Shown piece after piece: positions 14,902 through 30,208 of a DNA stretch of 64,000 nucleotides. The notes below the pieces were generated by a model, which had not been told where the DNA came from, searched no databases, and saw nothing but the letters and a program-made list of their open reading frames with translations. The DNA is taken from NCBI GenBank assembly GCA_964016885.1, contig OZ024746.1:35712001-35776000 (forward strand), written 5' to 3'. Numbering within the stretch: position 1 is the stretch's first letter; the number at the start of each line of letters is the position of its first letter. The position numbers and the translations under genes were made by a program. The stretch comes from Eledone cirrhosa (taxonomy: Eukaryota).

Positions 14902-17082
14902 ACTAGCAGATTTACCCGGCGTTGCTCAGAGTTTGAAATTATGCTAAGAATATACAGCCAGGGAGTAAAAGAAGAACATTATTTGTCCCCAACCTGTCAA
15001 AATAAGTAGAAGTCTTCAATAATTAATGCAAACTAATATTTAGTGCAATCTTTGTACACATAAAACAATGCTGATAATGAAGGAGAACACTGAACAGGAT
15101 CTAGTTATACAAATGATTAAAGATAATACACGTTGCAAATCTGTAAAAAAACAGGGAGTGTTGCTAAAGTACAAAGTTGTAATGAGAGCAGAGTTGTATA
15201 CAAACAAAAAAAACAAACAATGAGAGTATAATAAGATAAATTCTATTCTTTGAGAGCATCCTTTGCTATGTATGGTTACATTTTTAACTTATAATCCAGA
15301 ATATATTGCATGACATATTCATTAGTATGTTTTGTAATGAGTAAGGTGAAGTCAATGCAGAGCTGTAATAAGTTTTTTTCTTAACACTAAAGCACTTCAG
15401 GATAGACGATATTCTTTGTTTTTCTTTTCGGAACAAACGCAAAGAGATTATCTCGACTGCCAACTCGTGAGCAGGCAACGTAGAATTGTCCGTGCGAAAA
15501 GCAAGGTTGATCCAAGTGAATTCCAGCGACGGACAGAGTTTGACCTTGCGACTTGTTTATGGACATCGCAAAGGCAACATGAAGTGGAAATTGGGTTTCC
15601 ACGCCTGACGTAGTCAGGCTAATTTTTGTTATTATCACATCCTCGCCTTTTCCACATCCGGATAGAATGGTAGCGTCAATACTAAGTGGAGACAGTTTTT
15701 TAACCACAAGGCGTGTACCATTGCATAGTTTTGGAGGAGTGATATTTCTCAGCAAAATAACTGGTGTTCCTTCTTTCAGAACCAATGTAATAGGAGGTAA
15801 ACCAGAAGGATTTAAAGAATTTAGAAATTCAACTGGATAATTGACCGCATCCTGTGAATCACATACAGTATCAATAGATTTATATATCCGTGGACATCCA
15901 GGAAGAAGCTGAAGAAGCTGATCGTTAATACAGCTAACCATGATATTTTTGGGTGCAAGAATGGCTCTTTCGCTTAGCCAATCAAGATTCGGATAGTTGT
16001 CACGCAAGTTCGGGAATACACTCGCCTTGAGATCATCGACAGTTTCAAATACATTGCAGATGTGACCAATTGCTATGTGTCCATCTGTATCCGGAGGTAG
16101 GTTACCATCTCCTATTGTAAGAATGTCTCCAGAAAATGTTGATGACAGAGGCTCCCCATGCAACCTTGCACGCATGTTGGTAGTTAGTCTTAATGATGTC
16201 ACTTGTCACCACAATGGTGAAGACATAAGACATGCATTTAACGTATCTGCTCTTGTTCCTTTCGGTATCATAGAAAGAGTCTGTCTATAGTCTCCTGATA
16301 GCAGAAGGGTGACACCCCCCAATAACATCACTGCAATCCCGTATGTCTTGCAAAGACCTGTCTAGTGCCACAAGAGCACCTTTGTGCGCCATTGTGCGCC
16401 ATCCTAAACAATAAGGTGACACCTTCGCAGCAGATGAGCCCTTTCGGAGGCTTTGGTGATATGACAAGTAGGAGTTTCCAATTTTGCCAAATCAATGGGC
16501 AATTTGAATGTGCCGTCCTCCCACAAGGGAGCAACGTTGCTGCCTTTCATATTTTTGTACTGTCTCGGCAGATCTTGCTGCAGAAGTATCTGAAGCATCC
16601 ATAGCACGGTGTGTTTCACGTTGCTCTGTAGTCTCTGCAGCTCGTGCTGCAGCCGTTGCTTTAGCATTATTGGTTCGCCGCACTAACCGACGTTGCAATA
16701 ACTGTACTCACCGCATTTAGTGACTGCCTATTTTCGTTTATCGGCGGAGCGTATTTACACGCAATGTTTTCTTCGACCGATAGCCAATATGTGCATACTT
16801 TTTTTTACGGGGCATATTTGGTGAAAAGGTTATCTCCCTTTTTATAAGGATTGTCAATAAAGTTTGTTATCTCGCTTATATCAATTTCTCTACCGATAAT
16901 TTTGATATCGATTTGTTATTGCTCAACGTGGGTCGATTTGAAAAAATGTTTGTGATGTCACAATCTTAGCGACCTGTGCAACGTACACATAACATTTGGT
17001 CAAATTCAGTTGGTAATTGTGAAAGCCTTATGCATGCAAAATTGTACACAGACACACACACATCCTCGCTTTTATATATATA
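14902..17082 (-). mobile_element. internally deleted Helitron
   Basis: Minus strand starts ..TATATATAAAAGCGAGG and ends GAGCAACGCCGGG...CTAGT. It encloses PIF1 helicase coding sequence. Confidence 0.85.
15387..16534 (-). pseudogene. Helitron RepHel PIF1-type helicase, C-terminal part, disrupted
   Basis: LPCGRTAHS, TMAHKGALVALDRSLQDI, LTTNMR, RAILAPKN, PPKLCNGTRL, FAMSINKSQGQTL, FSHGQFYVACSRV, TKNIVYPEVL. Confidence 0.9.
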
Positions 17083-17173
17083 AATATATGATATAATATA
17101 AATAACATAATATAATATAATATAATATAATATAATATAATATAAAATAATATAATATATATAGACATATATG

Positions 17174-17230
<57 letters not shown>

Positions 17231-17233
<3 letters not shown>

Positions 17234-18004
17234 AATATAAATTAGCGAGAATCGTTTTCAGCTCAGGAATTAACGAAAATCAACGTCCGATATGTGTGGC
17301 AAGCGCTCGATGAATCATATGAATCAGAGCTACAACATACGTTAAGGGCCAAACACACTGAGATGATGGTTAAACATATCATCCGCACAGCCAAAACAAA
17401 ACGACCAAGTAATTCGGGTCAAACAATAAACATATATGTGTTGATACTTTCCCGGACCCTGGACTGATGGTAAAATCCAGTATTGGTTTCTGCGACTCCG
17501 AATCAGGTACTGTCCGCCTACATAAAGAATGTTGGGCTTCTGGTAAGTTGATGAACAAGGAAGTCGTGTTATCAACGGGTTTTGCTCCAATATGCTTTAG
17601 ATAGTGTGGCTATTACTGACCCCACGTGGGATTCAGCAAGGGAGGTAACACCTCTATTAAGCGAATGATTCAGTTGTGTATTATTGCGAGAATGCAAAAT
17701 ATCACAAATCGAATAAAGCTCTCGACAGAATAGTTAAATATAACAGAGCTATTCAACAGTCAATATAAGTAACTGAAAAAATCAATAAAATTAACTGCTC
17801 AATAGCTAGACTCTGGAGATTAATACAAATATAAATTAGCGAGAATCGTTTTCAGCTCAGGAATTAACGAAAATCAACGTCCGATACGTGTGGCAAGCGC
17901 TCGATGAATCATATGAATCAGAGCTACAACATACGTTAAGGGCCGAACACACTGAGATGATGGTTAAACATATCATCTGCACAGCCAAAACAAAACAAAA
18001 CAAA
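17231..18004. repeat. family E: ~170 bp direct repeats around ~420 bp of unique sequence, (TA)n-flanked
   Basis: acaaatataaattagcgagaatcg...cacagccaaaacaaaa at 17231-17401 and 17825-17995. Confidence 0.85.
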
Positions 18005-18019
18005 ATATATATATTTATT

Positions 18020-20030
18020 TATACTTGAGGAGGGTCATATTTGTGTAATAATATTGCCAGAATTAATAACAGAACACACTCGCTGTTTGGTTGGTTTTCG
18101 TTTCTGTGTCTTTTATATCGGTTAATTTAGTTTATTCGGTCCTCAATGTTATCATTGACTGACCAAGGGTCAAAAATACAGATAGAATATAGACACAAAC
18201 ACATATATATAGTTTAACAAAGTTCTTTCGCTGCACATCTGCAACATCGTCAGTGGTGCTATTATGTTTCTTCCCGTTGTATTGTATGCCTACGCCATCT
18301 TTATTTGGTCTGTTTATTTATTTATTTATTTGTTTGTCTTCTCTGCGAATGCGTTTGCGAGTGTTATAGTGTTTGATGTGCGTTCGTGTTTGGGTGACTC
18401 TGTATTGGTTATTGTATTCTATCTTAGTTTACTAGTGTGTGTTTATATGTGTTTGTTGTTATTGTGCTTGTGTATGTATTTATTTATTTATTTGTACATC
18501 TCTTAGGTCAGTATTGTTTGTTTGGGGGTCGTTGTTATTCCGTTCATGTTTTCTGTTTAGCCTTGGCCTTCTAATTTCTATTTCGCTGGCCTCTCTGATT
18601 TGCCTATCTGCTGGGCCATTTCTATGTTTTGATAATATTCTAATTCCTTTGTCGTCTATGTTACCGTCGTGTTGTTGTTTGGCATGTTCGTATAGTACTA
18701 AACCGTTTTTTCGTCCTTGTAGTCCCCCCCCCAGTGTTGGTCTATCCTTTCACCTATGCTACGAGCTGTCTCGCCTATGTATGCTGTTGTCATTTTTCTG
18801 CAAGTACCCTCTGTACATCTTATGCTATAGACTACGTTTCTAGTTTTACAGTTTATCCGGGGGTTTACTTTACATATAATACATTTTCTATTAGTACAGT
18901 GGGTTTTCTTAAAAGGGTAGGTTTTGCTGATCATGGATTTTATGGTGGTTCCTGGCTTTTCTACCACCTTAATCTTTAAGTGGGTCTTCCTCAGGGTCTT
19001 TCTACACTGGTTAGCTAATTTCCCTCCAGGGGTAGCGTCCACAAACATGACACTCTGGTTGTCGTACAATGAGGTGGCTTTCCCTATCTTATGTCTAGTC
19101 CTGTTTAAGCTATTTCATGATTTGCTCCTGTAAAATGGCCAAATTCCTTTCATGTCCAGTACTATGAGGGTCTTATACTTCTCCGAGGCTCCTTCGTATA
19201 CTCTGACTCTGTCTCTTTGATTGTAACCTGACAACTGCATGCGGTTGAAGAAGTGTTGGATGTGTATTTCTATTTATGTTGGGTCGCACATGCGGGTCAC
19301 GTTCTTCATCACTCGTACAAAGTCTGCGATCAGAATATTAAACTTAGCACTACTGGACATTGCTGAGTTTTTGAGTATTAGGTGTTCGGAGGCCAGGGGT
19401 TTAGCATAGTGTGAGTGGAGAATTTGGGCTCTCTCGTCCATAGTGTTAATCCAGAGTTCCGTGTCTAATACAGGTAGTCTATTGCTAGCGTGTTTTGGAG
19501 GGTAGTCGATAGTTACAGTTATACTCTGGTGTATGGAATTAGCTATCTGCTGGATGTTTTCCATTGTGCTACGTTCTAAATCAAACTTGTTAGTAGTCTC
19601 TTGTGGGGATGTGCTTATTACTATATTGATGTCGTCTACGTAACGAGAGTACATGATGAGGTCTATGGAGCTCTCATTAAGGAGATCTTTGAGTCTCCTT
19701 TCCCACCATACCATAAAAGTTTGGCAACGTCACCAGCTATGCGGACGCGAATGGCTGGTCCCTCATTTTGGGTGTAGATCTTCTCGTTGCATTCGAATAT
19801 GTGGCCCTTTAGGGTAGTTTTGATACTAGCCCCTATTGCATGTGCGACCATTTTTCTTAACTGATCATTGTTTTTTGGGGGTCCGTATAGCTTTGGTCCA
19901 CCCAATCCACCTTCCCATGGGAGTCTTTTTTGCCATTGAGGTTATGGTCGGGGGTCTACCCCTTCTGGGTCTACTGGGGCAGAAGCATCTAAGGTCATGG
20001 CTGTTTAGGTAAGTCTAAGTAGGAGGCCCA
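18020..20030 (-). mobile_element. 5'-truncated PLE, second copy of the 48885-51525 family
   Basis: YSRYVDD, LPVLDTELW, VMFVDATPGG, YIGETARSIGERI. The 3' UTR and terminal repeat match. Confidence 0.9.
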
Positions 20031-20245
20031 TACTCGCTACTATATAATTATATATATATATATATATTCTATATATATTATTATAAATCATGTCTACAGA
20101 ATTATTAGATAAACAAAATATATACTCCATCAACAGCCAATCACATTCTTTCCAACTTGACCACGGCCATAGTGTGATTCTTAGCCATTTTTGAATCCAT
20201 TTTTGGCGCGATTGGCTTGTAATACTAAGTGTCTATTTTTGAGTT

Positions 20246-20325
20246 TATCTCCTGATGATTCCGAACTCAATGGATTTCCTATTAATAGGATATCTAAAAA
20301 TACGGATGAAACCATGGTAGGGATA
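20246..20325 (+). ncRNA. type I hammerhead ribozyme (family D)
   Basis: TATCTC CTGATGA ttccg...cggat GAAA CCATGG TA|GGGATA. Confidence 0.8.
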
Positions 20326-20879
20326 TGGTTACGGTATGTACACTGTTCTTCTATGTTTGATTTTACACCGAATTGCATATGGTTAATTATGTACTTGGTC
20401 GATTTATGCATGCTGTCGAAATGTTGGATAAATAACCTGCCGTGGATACCGCGAAGAAGCCACGCTCGTTTATTTGTCGGAGATTTCTTCATAGGAGCTT
20501 TTATCCTTATGGCTTAGTATAATTGATTTTTTATATGGTTGATTGTGCTGTTTGTTTATCTAATATTTCCGTAGACATGATTTATAATAATATATTGCTC
20601 TGAGTATTTAATTTATTAATTCTTCATAGAGCTAAAAAGTGACCGGTTGTAACATATATAAATTTATGTATATGTAAGCCTTTATATTTAATAACCTCCC
20701 GTAAGGTTGAGATTAAATTTGGCGATATTTGGCTGCGTTCTCGAGCGAAAGGCCTACACGCCGTCAACAGCAAATGACATTCTTTCCAACTTGACCACGG
20801 CCATAGTGTGATTCTTAGCCATTTTTGAATCCATTTTTGGTGCGATCGGCTTGGAATACTAAGTGTCTATTTTTGAGTT

Positions 20880-20959
20880 TATCTCCTGATGATTCCGATC
20901 TCAATGGATTTCCTATTAATAGGATATCTAAAAATACTGATGAAACCATGGTAGGGATA
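20880..20959 (+). ncRNA. type I hammerhead ribozyme (family D, copy 2)
   Basis: Same core, with one stem II substitution (cggat to ctgat). Confidence 0.7.
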
Positions 20960-21168
20960 TGGTTACGGTATGTACACAGTTCTTCTATGTTTGATTTTAC
21001 ACCGAATTGCATATGGTTAATTATGTACTTGGTCGATTTATGCATGCTGTCGAAATGTTGGATAAATAACCTGCTGTGGATACCGCGAAGAAGCCACTCT
21101 CGTTTATTTGTCGGAGATTTCTTCATAGGAGCTTTTATCCTTATGGCTTAGTATAATTGATTTTTTAT

Positions 21169-21235
<67 letters not shown>

Positions 21236-21406
21236 GCGAGTATGAATAAAGGAAGTTCATTTTAACCTGTTGACTTACACTTCTTATTTTTACGCCACTC
21301 CGGAGTAAACAGATCCACCTTCACACTTCGTTGAATGCTCTAACCTGCTTAGTGAAGTGTCGGTAAACAACCGACACACACACATACACACATACTCACT
21401 CACACA

Positions 21407-21590
<184 letters not shown>

Positions 21591-22684
21591 GGTGTGTGTG
21601 TGTGTGTGTATGCATATTTCTTTGAATGCAGATAATTCAATATGTTACAGGCAAATATTATATTCAAATTACAGATTGTGTTTTTCACGTGGGCTACAGT
21701 CATGTACTTGAATATGGAATAATTAGAATGTATTTTACATCATTTGGTGTGTTGAATTCCACTTACCTACAGAATTTAAAAAAAACTCGCAATGTATTTT
21801 GCTAATTAAATAAACCGAATACTTGAATAAAATATAAATGGCTACAGCGTATAAGAATTATGTTATTCAAAATATTAATGGCAGTAATTTTAAATCAAAT
21901 AGTCCTAATCATATTAATATTGAAATCAAGAGCTAAATCAATAACAATGAAAGTGACAACATCTAGAGCATTAAAATACAGATATTAATAATAATAAAAT
22001 CAACTTTGAATTTCATAGCATTAATATTTTGTTAAAGCAGTCAATATGACTCCATATCAGGCATTTAAAAGCTTTAGATAATGAGGCCTTTTGGCCCTTG
22101 TTCATCAGTTAGTTGACTACTTTTCGAAGGATGTGAGCAGTACTTAGACTAACAGAATGCGGGAGTGTATATAATTTGCAGTCAATATCCAGCAAAAGGT
22201 TATGTAATTTCTTTTGTATGGTTCCAATTGCTGCTGAATTATAGATATAATGTATATGTTCTTTCTTTACATTCTACTCAATTCAACTTTAATAGAGCTT
22301 AATCGTCTCGCTCTTCAACTGATTTTAGCTTCAAATTATTATTTCTAAGCATTATTAATAGGTAGACTCCATGTTTAACAGCAGCATAGACTTATAACCC
22401 TTTACGTTTTGAATTCAAATTCCGAAGTTCGAAACTCTAAATAAAGTGCCATATACTACCCTCACACGAAACGACCCCATATTGGGATATTCGGCCAAAA
22501 CATTACACATCTTAAATATATTACACGCCAAAATATAAAAGATATGGAAATGATATGACCCCCACCTTCACATATGTGCGAAATTATTTGACACGTAGAA
22601 ACCATGACTCAAAATTTCAGCAAATCTCCAAAGAACAACAACAAAGCCACCGGCAGAAGCTCCACTACCACCAACACGGCCTAT

Positions 22685-22715
<31 letters not shown>

Positions 22716-22789
22716 CATATATATATATATATATATACACACACATATACATATGTATACATATACATATCAAGAATTTGAAGACAATT

Positions 22790-22875
22790 CATTTTCACCT
22801 GATGAGATCAGTGATAATCGATCATAGCTTCACAATCGATCTATCTCTTATTGAAATATGTGTCGTGATTAAATG
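22790..22875 (+). ncRNA. type I hammerhead ribozyme (family B)
   Basis: cattt TCAC CTGATGA...GAAA TATGTG TC|GTGA ttaaatg. Partial copies at 23068-23135 (-), 23747-23883 (+) and 24548-24655 (-). Confidence 0.7.
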
Positions 22876-23880
22876 ATTGGAATTTTATCTTGCCTTCGGA
22901 TTTTCATTTTGATATATATATATATATAGTTGTTATATAGTAAGGTCCATTATTGTTGTGTAAAATGCTCCAATAAATTTATGTTACCAATATTAAGTTC
23001 TCCACGCTTTTGTATATCTCCAATTCCATTCAAGGGAACAGCTAGATGATGTAAAACGGAGTATAAGTATCAAAATGAAAATCCGAAGGCAAGGTAAAAT
23101 TCCAATCATTTAATCACGACACATGTTTCAATAAGAAGACTTGAAGATATGGATGTTACAATTCAATCTATACACGTATAGCAGAACACTGAACTGAACT
23201 TACTTGCTTGTGGGTGTGTTGTGTGTGTATGTGTGTATGGGGAGGTGCTAAACACAATATTTCCAATTTACAGTCTCAAATTGAGATTTGACCAGTATAG
23301 CATCTGTTGTTTTGTGAACTAACTTTCGTTGAATGCTGTGTTGGTACATGCTTATATTTGTTTCCTTATATTTGTTTTTTTTCTCTCTGACATCGCTTCG
23401 GTGCGCGTCAGAGTGTGTGTGTACCCACCCACACTAACTGTGACCTTGTATAATTCTACAGGTTTGATAATGTGTGGATGTGTGTATATATGTATGTATA
23501 TATTTCTTTCTTTAACCTCGAGCCGGTGTATGTGGGGTGGAGTGGGTGTGTACCCACTCACATTAACTATATCCCTACAGATTTGATTTATGTCCAGCGT
23601 CCTTTACAGCGATAGAAATCCGAAATCCGACAACTTTTATGACCGCAACTGAAGTTAATAGCAGTCACCTTGTCTCTGACTGGTGTGTTTTCCTATGACG
23701 GAAGGAATTCTGTGAGAGAACATCGTTATTATTTTTTTCCTCCCTCATATCAAGAATTTGAAGACAATTCTGATGAGATCAGTGATAATCGATCATAGCT
23801 TCACAATCGATATATCTCTTATTGAAATATGTGTCGTGATTAAATGATTGGAGTTTTACCTTGCCTTCGGATTTTCAGTT

Positions 23881-23935
<55 letters not shown>

Positions 23936-24061
23936 TGTGAATATAGACATAGAATATTCGAAAATATTCTGTATGTTTATAATAAACATTTTGAAGACCT
24001 AATCGCTATAGAATAGAATACGTCACGTATTACAATTAGATTCTCGATAAAAGCAAGGGAA

Positions 24062-24104
24062 GTAATCTACGCGTTTCATTCTTATTAGAAATCTTCAGGA
24101 CTAC
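24062..24104 (-). ncRNA. type I hammerhead ribozyme (family C)
   Basis: Reverse complement of 24317-24359. Confidence 0.8.
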
Positions 24105-24316
24105 ATATCCGGTGCTTTTATCGAGAATGACACAGCTAGAGACTTATAGAATAATATTCTATGTCTATATTCACATATATATCGCTATTTCAGAGCATTT
24201 ATTCCAATTTCTAATTTCTGCCGGACCGGCAACCGCTCTTTCAAACCAGTTCCTGTACACAGCTAAGTATTCTATAAGTCTCTAGCTGTGTCATTCTCGA
24301 TAAAAGCACTGGATAT

Positions 24317-24359
24317 GTAGTCCTGAAGATTTCTAATAAGAATGAAACGCGTAGATTAC
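24317..24359 (+). ncRNA. type I hammerhead ribozyme (family C)
   Basis: GTAGTC CTGAAGA tTTCT aata AGAAt GAAA CGCG TA|GATTAC. Confidence 0.85.
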
Positions 24360-24512
24360 TTCCCTTGCTTTTATCGAGAATCTAATTGTAATACGTGACG
24401 TATTCTATCCTATAGCGATTAGGTCTTCAAAATGTTTATTATAAACATACAGAATATTTTCGAATATTCTATGTCTATATTCACATATATATCGCTATTT
24501 CAGAGCATTTAT

Positions 24513-24552
<40 letters not shown>

Positions 24553-24653
24553 AAATGAAAATCCGAAGGCAAGGTAAAATTCCAATCATTTAATCACGAC
24601 ACATATTTCAATAAGAGATACATCGATTATGAAGCTATGATCGATTATCACTG

Positions 24654-24696
<43 letters not shown>

Positions 24697-25011
24697 TAAA
24701 ATAACAGATTAAAGTTTAAGCAAAGAATCGCTGCTTTCACCCTTAACGGGATCTTCTGAAACTAACAAAGTCAATCTGTAAACGCAGAACAGGATATTTC
24801 AAAAAAACGTTGCAACCAGGGGGAAGACAGGAAGACGATACTTTGGTTCGTGGAAACGTTCGCTGGCAAAGAACGGGACAAAAACGAATAAGATACGTCA
24901 TTAATAGGAGCGGTGAAAAACAATTACGCGCAAAGACAGTTCTTATATATTTGATATATATTTATCCTTATCGAGCCCTCTTTGGATTTTAGTCTTCAAA
25001 TTTATTATTAT

Positions 25012-25218
<207 letters not shown>

Positions 25219-25259
25219 ACAAAAAGGGAATCAGTGTTGCGACGAATGGAATTTATAGA

Positions 25260-25353
25260 ACATATTACAATCGTTTCTCTGGCGACCAGCTCGAGGCACG
25301 ATCGATGTGATGATCGAACCTGACTCTAAAAGTCGCAAATTCCTCAGATACGT
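25260..25353 (-). ncRNA. type I hammerhead ribozyme (family H)
   Basis: Reverse complement reads ACGTAT CTGAGGA ..gcgac...gtcgc.. GAAA CGATTG TA|ATATGT. Confidence 0.7.
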
Positions 25354-25387
25354 CTTGATTCTACCGAGCAGAATTTATTTCCCAATG

Positions 25388-25423
<36 letters not shown>

Positions 25424-25704
25424 CCATATACCCCCCCCCCCCCACACTCTCAATAGCGTGAAACTAATAAACCTTTGTTCGTACTGCCTCTCTGTTTTGT
25501 TCCCGTTCAATTTTTCACTATATATATATAAATTTTGAGTATATGTTGGTTGTTTACCGACACCTCAGTATGCAGATTGGAGCACTCGGCGAAGTACATA
25601 GGTTGGATTGGTTACTCCGGAGTAATGTAAAATAAAGTAATTAAGTCAAATATTTGAGATTTGGCTTCGTTTATTAAAGATGTACTGCTATATATATATA
25701 AACA

Positions 25705-25895
25705 GATAATTGTTTCTATTTTAGACACAAGGCCAGCAATTAACCAGTACATTACTGGTACTTATTTTATCGACCTCGTAAAGATGAAAGGCAAAGTCAC
25801 CCTTTGCGGGATTTGAACTCAGATCGTAAAGGGACGTAACTATGCTGGAAAGTATGGCGTCCGACCCTCTACCGATACTGCCAATCCACCGCCGG
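25705..25895 (-). mobile_element. SINE family 1
   Basis: Same motifs as 9205-9392, with head ggcggtggattggcagtatcggtagag. Confidence 0.85.
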
Positions 25896-26422
25896 GAACA
25901 GATAATGGAATCAGATAAGGTAAAATGAAGAAATGAAATATATAAAAATAAGATAAAATAAATAATAAAATAATAAGACACGATACAATAAAATGAAGAA
26001 GCAAAAATAATAAATAAATAAACGAATAAAATAGAATAAAATGCGTGTTTCTTATAGCCAATATCAAATATCAAATATCAAAGAAGAATAAAGTGCGTGT
26101 GTGTTATAGCCAAAAAGTTTGAAAGATTTGGAAAATATTGACTGAAGTATAAAGGATATGTGTCCGTTTCGGGAAATACAAAGGATTATGATATTTACGC
26201 TCTCATGGGGTGGTGCGTTTTAAGAGCAAATGAGGCAAGGGTGGAGTGTAAAACACCATAACCTGAATGTCAAAATCCGGAAATGCAGAGGACAACAGTT
26301 TTTAATTCGGCATAGAGTACATATGCGTGTATGTCAACCCACATATTTGCAAGCCCACACGCACCAACACGGGCCCAGGTGCCTCCCTTATTCACACACA
26401 CCCACACACACAGATTATACAA

Positions 26423-26460
<38 letters not shown>

Positions 26461-26750
26461 GTATATATATATTCACACACACACGCACACACACACACGC
26501 ACATACACACACACGTATGCAAGTATCAGTGCATGTAAATCTTAAATAACAGGATTTATATATGGACATATGCATAAGTCTGTGCTGCCATAGGAGTCGA
26601 TCGAGGGAGGGGTAGGGGTGGTGAAAGTGAAGGAGGTGGTTTACAGTGGGCTCGGTGTGGCGGGACTACTGTCACTATAGCTTGAGTGACAGTAGCCCCA
26701 CCACACCGAGCCAACGGTAAACCAACCCCTACACATTCATCACCCTTACG

Positions 26751-26867
26751 AGAGCAAGAATGAAGGGTTTATTCTACGGATATGCATTAAAAATGAGGCT
26801 TTTTGCAAACGAATCGAATTGCAAACGAATCGAATGTTATTATTAATATTCGGAAAACTCGGATTAC

Positions 26868-26937
<70 letters not shown>

Positions 26938-27349
26938 ATGAATATATATGAAGTAATTCCGTCGGAAAAGTCCAGGAAAAAAGAGTGCTCTATGTTAATT
27001 ACAGAGCTTATTAGTTATGTAATAAACAACATAAGATAATTATTTCATTTACCAGTGGTTTCTTCAAAGCAACCAAAATTGCTTTCATTCACCAGAATGA
27101 AAATATCCTGGTGTGTCTATTCACAGTGGATTTAAAAAACAAAATATAACAGATATGAATGTGACGCTGGAGGAAAAAAAGGTGGGGAAAATAATGACTA
27201 AGAATATATAACAGCATAATCGTACACACACTCACGCACACACGCACACACACTCACATATACACACATAGATACATATATATATATACATATATACACG
27301 CATATATACATATATATATATACACAGACACATATACACGCGCACACAC

Positions 27350-27382
<33 letters not shown>

Positions 27383-27452
27383 CATACATAAACACACCAA
27401 CACACACATATATATATATATAGACATATATATATATATACATGCACACACA

Positions 27453-27522
<70 letters not shown>

Positions 27523-27745
27523 CACATACATACATACACACACACATACATACATACATATATATATATATACATATGCATACGTACTCACAAATAAAAG
27601 GATACATATGCACACACACAAATAAGAATAAATAATCATAGTAGGCCGTCACATACAAATAAGCAAATAAAAAATAAGGATTAAGAAAATAAAAACAAAA
27701 AAATATTATTAAGTTGACAGCGATACAAGACGACAAAATTTAAAG
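26751..27745. repeat. left arm of ~1 kb inverted duplication (right arm ~32190-33089)
   Basis: Unique blocks and microsatellite patterns match in reverse complement. Contains a family I hammerhead with CTGGTGA core at ~27043-27102 (-). Confidence 0.85.
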
Positions 27746-27749
27746 GAAA

Positions 27750-28110
27750 TCAGTGTTGATTAACAATCAGCTAGCCAGGAGTGAACGATATGTTGGTATG
27801 AATCAAGACATGTTCAAAACCAAGTTTTATGCACATGTCGGTTCTTTTAAACACTCTGATAAAAGAACAGCAACGGCCCTCGCTAATAAGGTGTGGGAAT
27901 TCAAAGAAAATAACATCCCGTACTCTATCGATTGGTCTAATTTAGACCGTTCGAGAGAATAGCAAAGGGGCACAAAGAATTGTTCTTTGTGTACTACTGA
28001 AAAATTTATAATTCTACAGAATTTGAAAGCCACTTCAACTTGATTTACCTCCAAGACCGAGATCTTCAGATGTTGTCCTCACCTGAAATCACATCTGCTC
28101 TGTAACTGGA
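27750..28110 (+). mobile_element. Naiad-type PLE GIY-YIG 3' fragment
   Basis: RYVGMNQDMFKTKFYAHVGSF, TALANKVWEFKE, IDWS, NCSLCTTEK, EIFRCCPH. Confidence 0.8.
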
Positions 28111-28456
28111 TTTGCATTCCTACGATGACTCAGCCACCTTGAACTTCTTCTTTGCTCTTTACGCCTTACATCTACTTTGATTTTTATTACTCTCTGAACT
28201 CACTTTCTGTACCCTTATTTTCTCTTTCTCTCTTATCTCCTCTTATTTTTAAACTTTTTCTTATGCTATTTATTTTCCTTATTCCCACCTACTCCGTACC
28301 TTACCATTTACATACCCACCCCCTTTTGATTTTTAGATATTAATTTTTCGTGTATGTATATACATATATGTATATGTGGGTGTGTATGTTTATATGTGTG
28401 TGTGTGTGTGTATTTTTATTTATGTGGTGTTGTAACCCTTTGTACTTAAGTGTGTG

Positions 28457-29905
<1,449 letters not shown>

Positions 29906-30134
29906 CGAAGTAGTTTCAGATGTTCAAGTCCTTTAATATTAATTGTTTCTACTTTAGGCACGAGGCCAGCAATTACCCAGAGCATTACTGGTACTTTTAT
30001 TTTGTCGACCCCGTAAGGATGAAAGGCAAAGTCAACCTCGGCGGGATTTGAACTCAGATAGTAAAGGGAAGTAACTATGCTAGAAAGCATGGCGTCCGAC
30101 CCTCTACTGATTCTGCCAATACTTTAATAATAAT

Positions 30135-30208
30135 GCTGTGATATATATTTCAATGACGACACTGGCCACACTGTTCTGTGTGCGAGTGTCGTGTCATCAT
30201 CAGACAGC
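30135..30208 (-). ncRNA. type I hammerhead ribozyme (family G)
   Basis: Reverse-complement copy of 30824-30897. Confidence 0.8.

Larger units (their letters stand above)
20140..21170 (+). repeat. family D tandem, 634 bp period, one hammerhead per unit
   Basis: 20148-20535 is repeated at 20761-21169. Confidence 0.9.

Noticed and set aside
20181-21151. Duplicated 103-108 aa ORFs on both strands
   Set aside because: They arise from tandem D and have no recognisable motif. The hammerhead explains the conservation better.
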